The notes below the pieces were generated by a model that was not told where the DNA came from, did no database searches, and saw nothing but the letters and a program-made list of their open reading frames with translations. DNA of 64,000 nucleotides, taken from the NCBI GenBank assembly GCA_040285855.1, contig JAUFOQ010000001.1, positions 3,348,001-3,412,000 of the forward strand, read 5' to 3'. Source of the DNA: Eukaryota sp. GEM-RC1 (taxonomy: Eukaryota). A program made the position numbers and the translations under genes. Positions 61,389-64,000 of the stretch are shown here, one piece after another; positions within the stretch are counted from its first letter, which is position 1; every line of letters starts with the position of its first letter.

Positions 61389-63675
61389 ATGTCTCTGATT
61401 CACGTTGTACCACGCATCAAACCTGACGTCTCTGGCGATCTTCTCTCCATCAATGGATCTACCATCAACCTCAACTTACATTCATCAACAAAGTCTTTCA
61501 CCTTCCCCACAGTACTCCACAACTGTTCCCAGGAAGACGTCTATCTAAAAACTGCCGCTCCTCTCATCCCCTCTCTCTTTGACGGCTTGAACTGCTCTGT
61601 ACTTGCCTATGGGTTTGTCTCATCGTCTAACTTATCACAGTCATACTGGTAGTGGTAAGACTTACACAATGATTGGTGACCCTTTGTGTCACCAATTAAG
61701 GGGAATTATTCCTCGTGCTTTAAGGCATATCTTTGAAGAAATTGAGATGAGAGAAGACTTTAATTTCATCGTCAGAGTAGGTTTTCTTGAAATCTACAAC
61801 AATAAGCTCCGTGATTTGTTGAAGCGGAAGATCTGGACAAACCAACCAAAACTTTACGATACACCTGATGGCATTTGTGTTAAACCTCAGACATTTGAGG
61901 CAGTTTCAAACGAAGAACATGCTCTTCAGATTCTTTTGAATGGTGTCTCAAAACGTAAAACTGCAACCACGAGCTTAAATCAAGACTCTTCCAGATCACA
62001 TGCTGTAGTGACAATTGAGTTACTGAATTCTGAAACAAAATGTTCTTCCAAATTACATTTAGTGGATCTTGCTGGAAGCGAAAGCTTCAAAAATTCAAAT
62101 TCTAGTCGTAATTCGGCCCAAGAGACAGTCAAAATCAATCAAAGTCTTTTGGCCTTTCACAATGTTGTAGATCAACTGGAAGGTAATTCAAAATCTAAGC
62201 TGAACCATATCTCTTTCAGAGATTCTAAGTTAACTCTACTACTAAAAAGTTCTTTGTTGAACTCAAAAACAGCAGTCATAGTTACAGTCTCAGCGAATCA
62301 CCTCAAGAACATCGAACAGTCTTTGTCTTTTGCATCAAGAGTTGCTCGTTTGGAGACGGTTGTTACTAGCAATAGCAACATTGATCTCAAAGATGATGAA
62401 ATACGAAAATTGAGGCGATTGTTGACGGAAGCCAAAATTCAATCATCAAATTTTAACAGAGATTCTACTAATGTCCCACCAATTAAGTGTCCAAGACTCA
62501 GTGATGATGATCTTGATTTAGATGATTCTGATGATGATGCCGTGGAAAGTGACACTGAGAATGTTTTGGCCAATGAAAACCTGCAATTAAAAAGTACAGT
62601 GCGCATTTTAAATTCCAAAATTGAGATGCTGGAATCCGAAGTCAATAGACTTAATCAAATTATTGACCTACAGCAAGTACGATCCCCAAATAAACGTGAA
62701 CGAGTGAACAAAAGAAGCGATAAATTTGTCGTTCAACCCATTACTGACTCTGTTGTCCCTCACTATGAGTTCTCTGGTGAGCCTTTGGTAATGACCAATC
62801 ACAACAGATTGATTTCTGTATTTGATGATGATGATAAGGACGAGTTTTTTATTTCATCAGCATCTAATTCTAATTTAAAGTTTTTTTATCAGGATGGAAG
62901 GCCGTGGGGTTGGAATCATCATTCCCCAATTCGTGGAGTAAATGCAGATTATTTTATTTCTGACAAGTGCCTTTTAGTTTTCAAGCCAGATCCTAAAACA
63001 TTTATACACGAAGTTGAAGTCTTGGCTGAAAATGAAGCTTATCTTGAGTCACTTCATGGACTTGATGGAATTGTACGTTTGTTTTTGAAGGAAACCAAAA
63101 CCTTTAAAATTATTTATGATGGTCACTTTGTCGTAAAGTGTACTGGAGATGCCAAAGTCGGGTTCTTTTTCTTAACTCAAGACGGAAGAATCATTAACGT
63201 TGATGGTCAAGAAGTGTTTCCAGAATTTGAGGAAATAGTTGTTGATGTGTACTTCAGTACTACCTGTTTTGTTATTTTGACCAACAAATTGTATGTCTAT
63301 GCTGCTGGTCACAGTAATTACGGAGAATTAGGTTTGGGAGGAATTTCTCATTCTCCAACTCCTACTAGGGTTAGACTCCCAGCCATCAAATCCATTCATT
63401 CTAGTGGATGTTATTCTTTTGCTTTGGCTGTTGACGGTTCCTTGTTTGCATGGGGACACAATGATGAAGGTCAGTTTGGGTTAGGAAATGAGAGAAAAGG
63501 TGTATTTGTGGAACCAGTAAGAATTCCACATTCTTTTGGCGGGAATTCTTCTAGAAGAAGAAAGACTGTTGTTGATTTCTTTTGCGAAAGAGCCACATCA
63601 GCTCTGCTTATGAGTGATGGCAGTGAGTACTGCTCAGGAAGGTTCTTTGACTTTCCTTTTTCAAGGAAATTATAA
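61389..63675 (+). CDS. Kinesin motor - coiled coil - RCC1-like repeat protein (exons 61389-61612 and 61641-63675)
   Basis: Spliced P-loop AYGHTGSGKT, FLEIYN, NQDSSRSH, LVDLAGSE, INQSL, HISFRDSKLT. C-terminal GHSNYGELGLG and LFAWGHNDEGQFGLG repeats. Confidence 0.92.
61613..61640 (+). other. 28-nt spliceosomal intron
   Basis: GTTTGT...TCTAAC...CACAG; removing it restores the kinesin P-loop frame. Confidence 0.9.
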
Positions 63676-64000
63676 GAACTGAGAAATAAACTTATTGTTG
63701 TGCTTTTTATCGAATAAATTTTCTTCCCAAACCTTCAAATCTTAATTTTGCCTTTATACGGACTTTCAAAGGCACTTCATAAGCAAGTAAACTGATCTTG
63801 ATAATTTATTTGATCACCAAATTCAAATTTGACTAAACTTGTATTCTCTCCAAACTTCTAAAGACGAATTCGGAACTGAATTGTTTGGTGTATACTAAAT
63901 TAACGAAACACAAGCCACAAAAATTTAAAATACAGTCTTTTATGACAGCCAGAAGTTTCAATTAATTTTCCTCTGTAACCGTCATCTGACAAGTTGAGAG

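Noticed and set aside
1..64000. tRNA, rRNA or snRNA genes
   Set aside because: No convincing T-loop/cloverleaf or conserved rRNA/snRNA motifs seen by eye; tRNAscan-SE or Infernal would be needed to exclude them.

Overview
AT-rich eukaryotic (protist-like) genomic DNA. Evidence for a eukaryote includes kinesin, Gle1, cathepsin, RING-kinase and BTB genes and a 28-nt GT-AG intron; the standard genetic code fits. I saw no rRNA, tRNA or CRISPR array. The window is a transposon-saturated, birth-and-death gene region. Mobile content: one near-complete hAT transposon (14759-17330, perfect 8-bp TSD, one frameshift); many non-autonomous hAT-type elements, several nested, each with its own subterminal repeat motif; TA-flanked Tc1/pogo-type MITEs; and about nine fragments of an RLE-type (CRE-like) non-LTR retrotransposon. 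Among these sit paralogous recognition or ubiquitin-ligase-type genes: three RNI-like LRR genes (full, truncated, internally deleted), three BTB-coiled coil-SPRY-like genes with loop-focused divergence, and a RING-kinase-Sel1 gene. There is also a kinesin-RCC1 fusion and several housekeeping-gene fragments. The best leads are the diversifying E3-adaptor/sensor repertoire, a conserved pseudoknot-like motif downstream of the stop codon in two different hAT elements, and retroelement sequence joined at nearly the same point in two copies of one MITE. All domain calls are by-eye motif recognition; no database searches were run.
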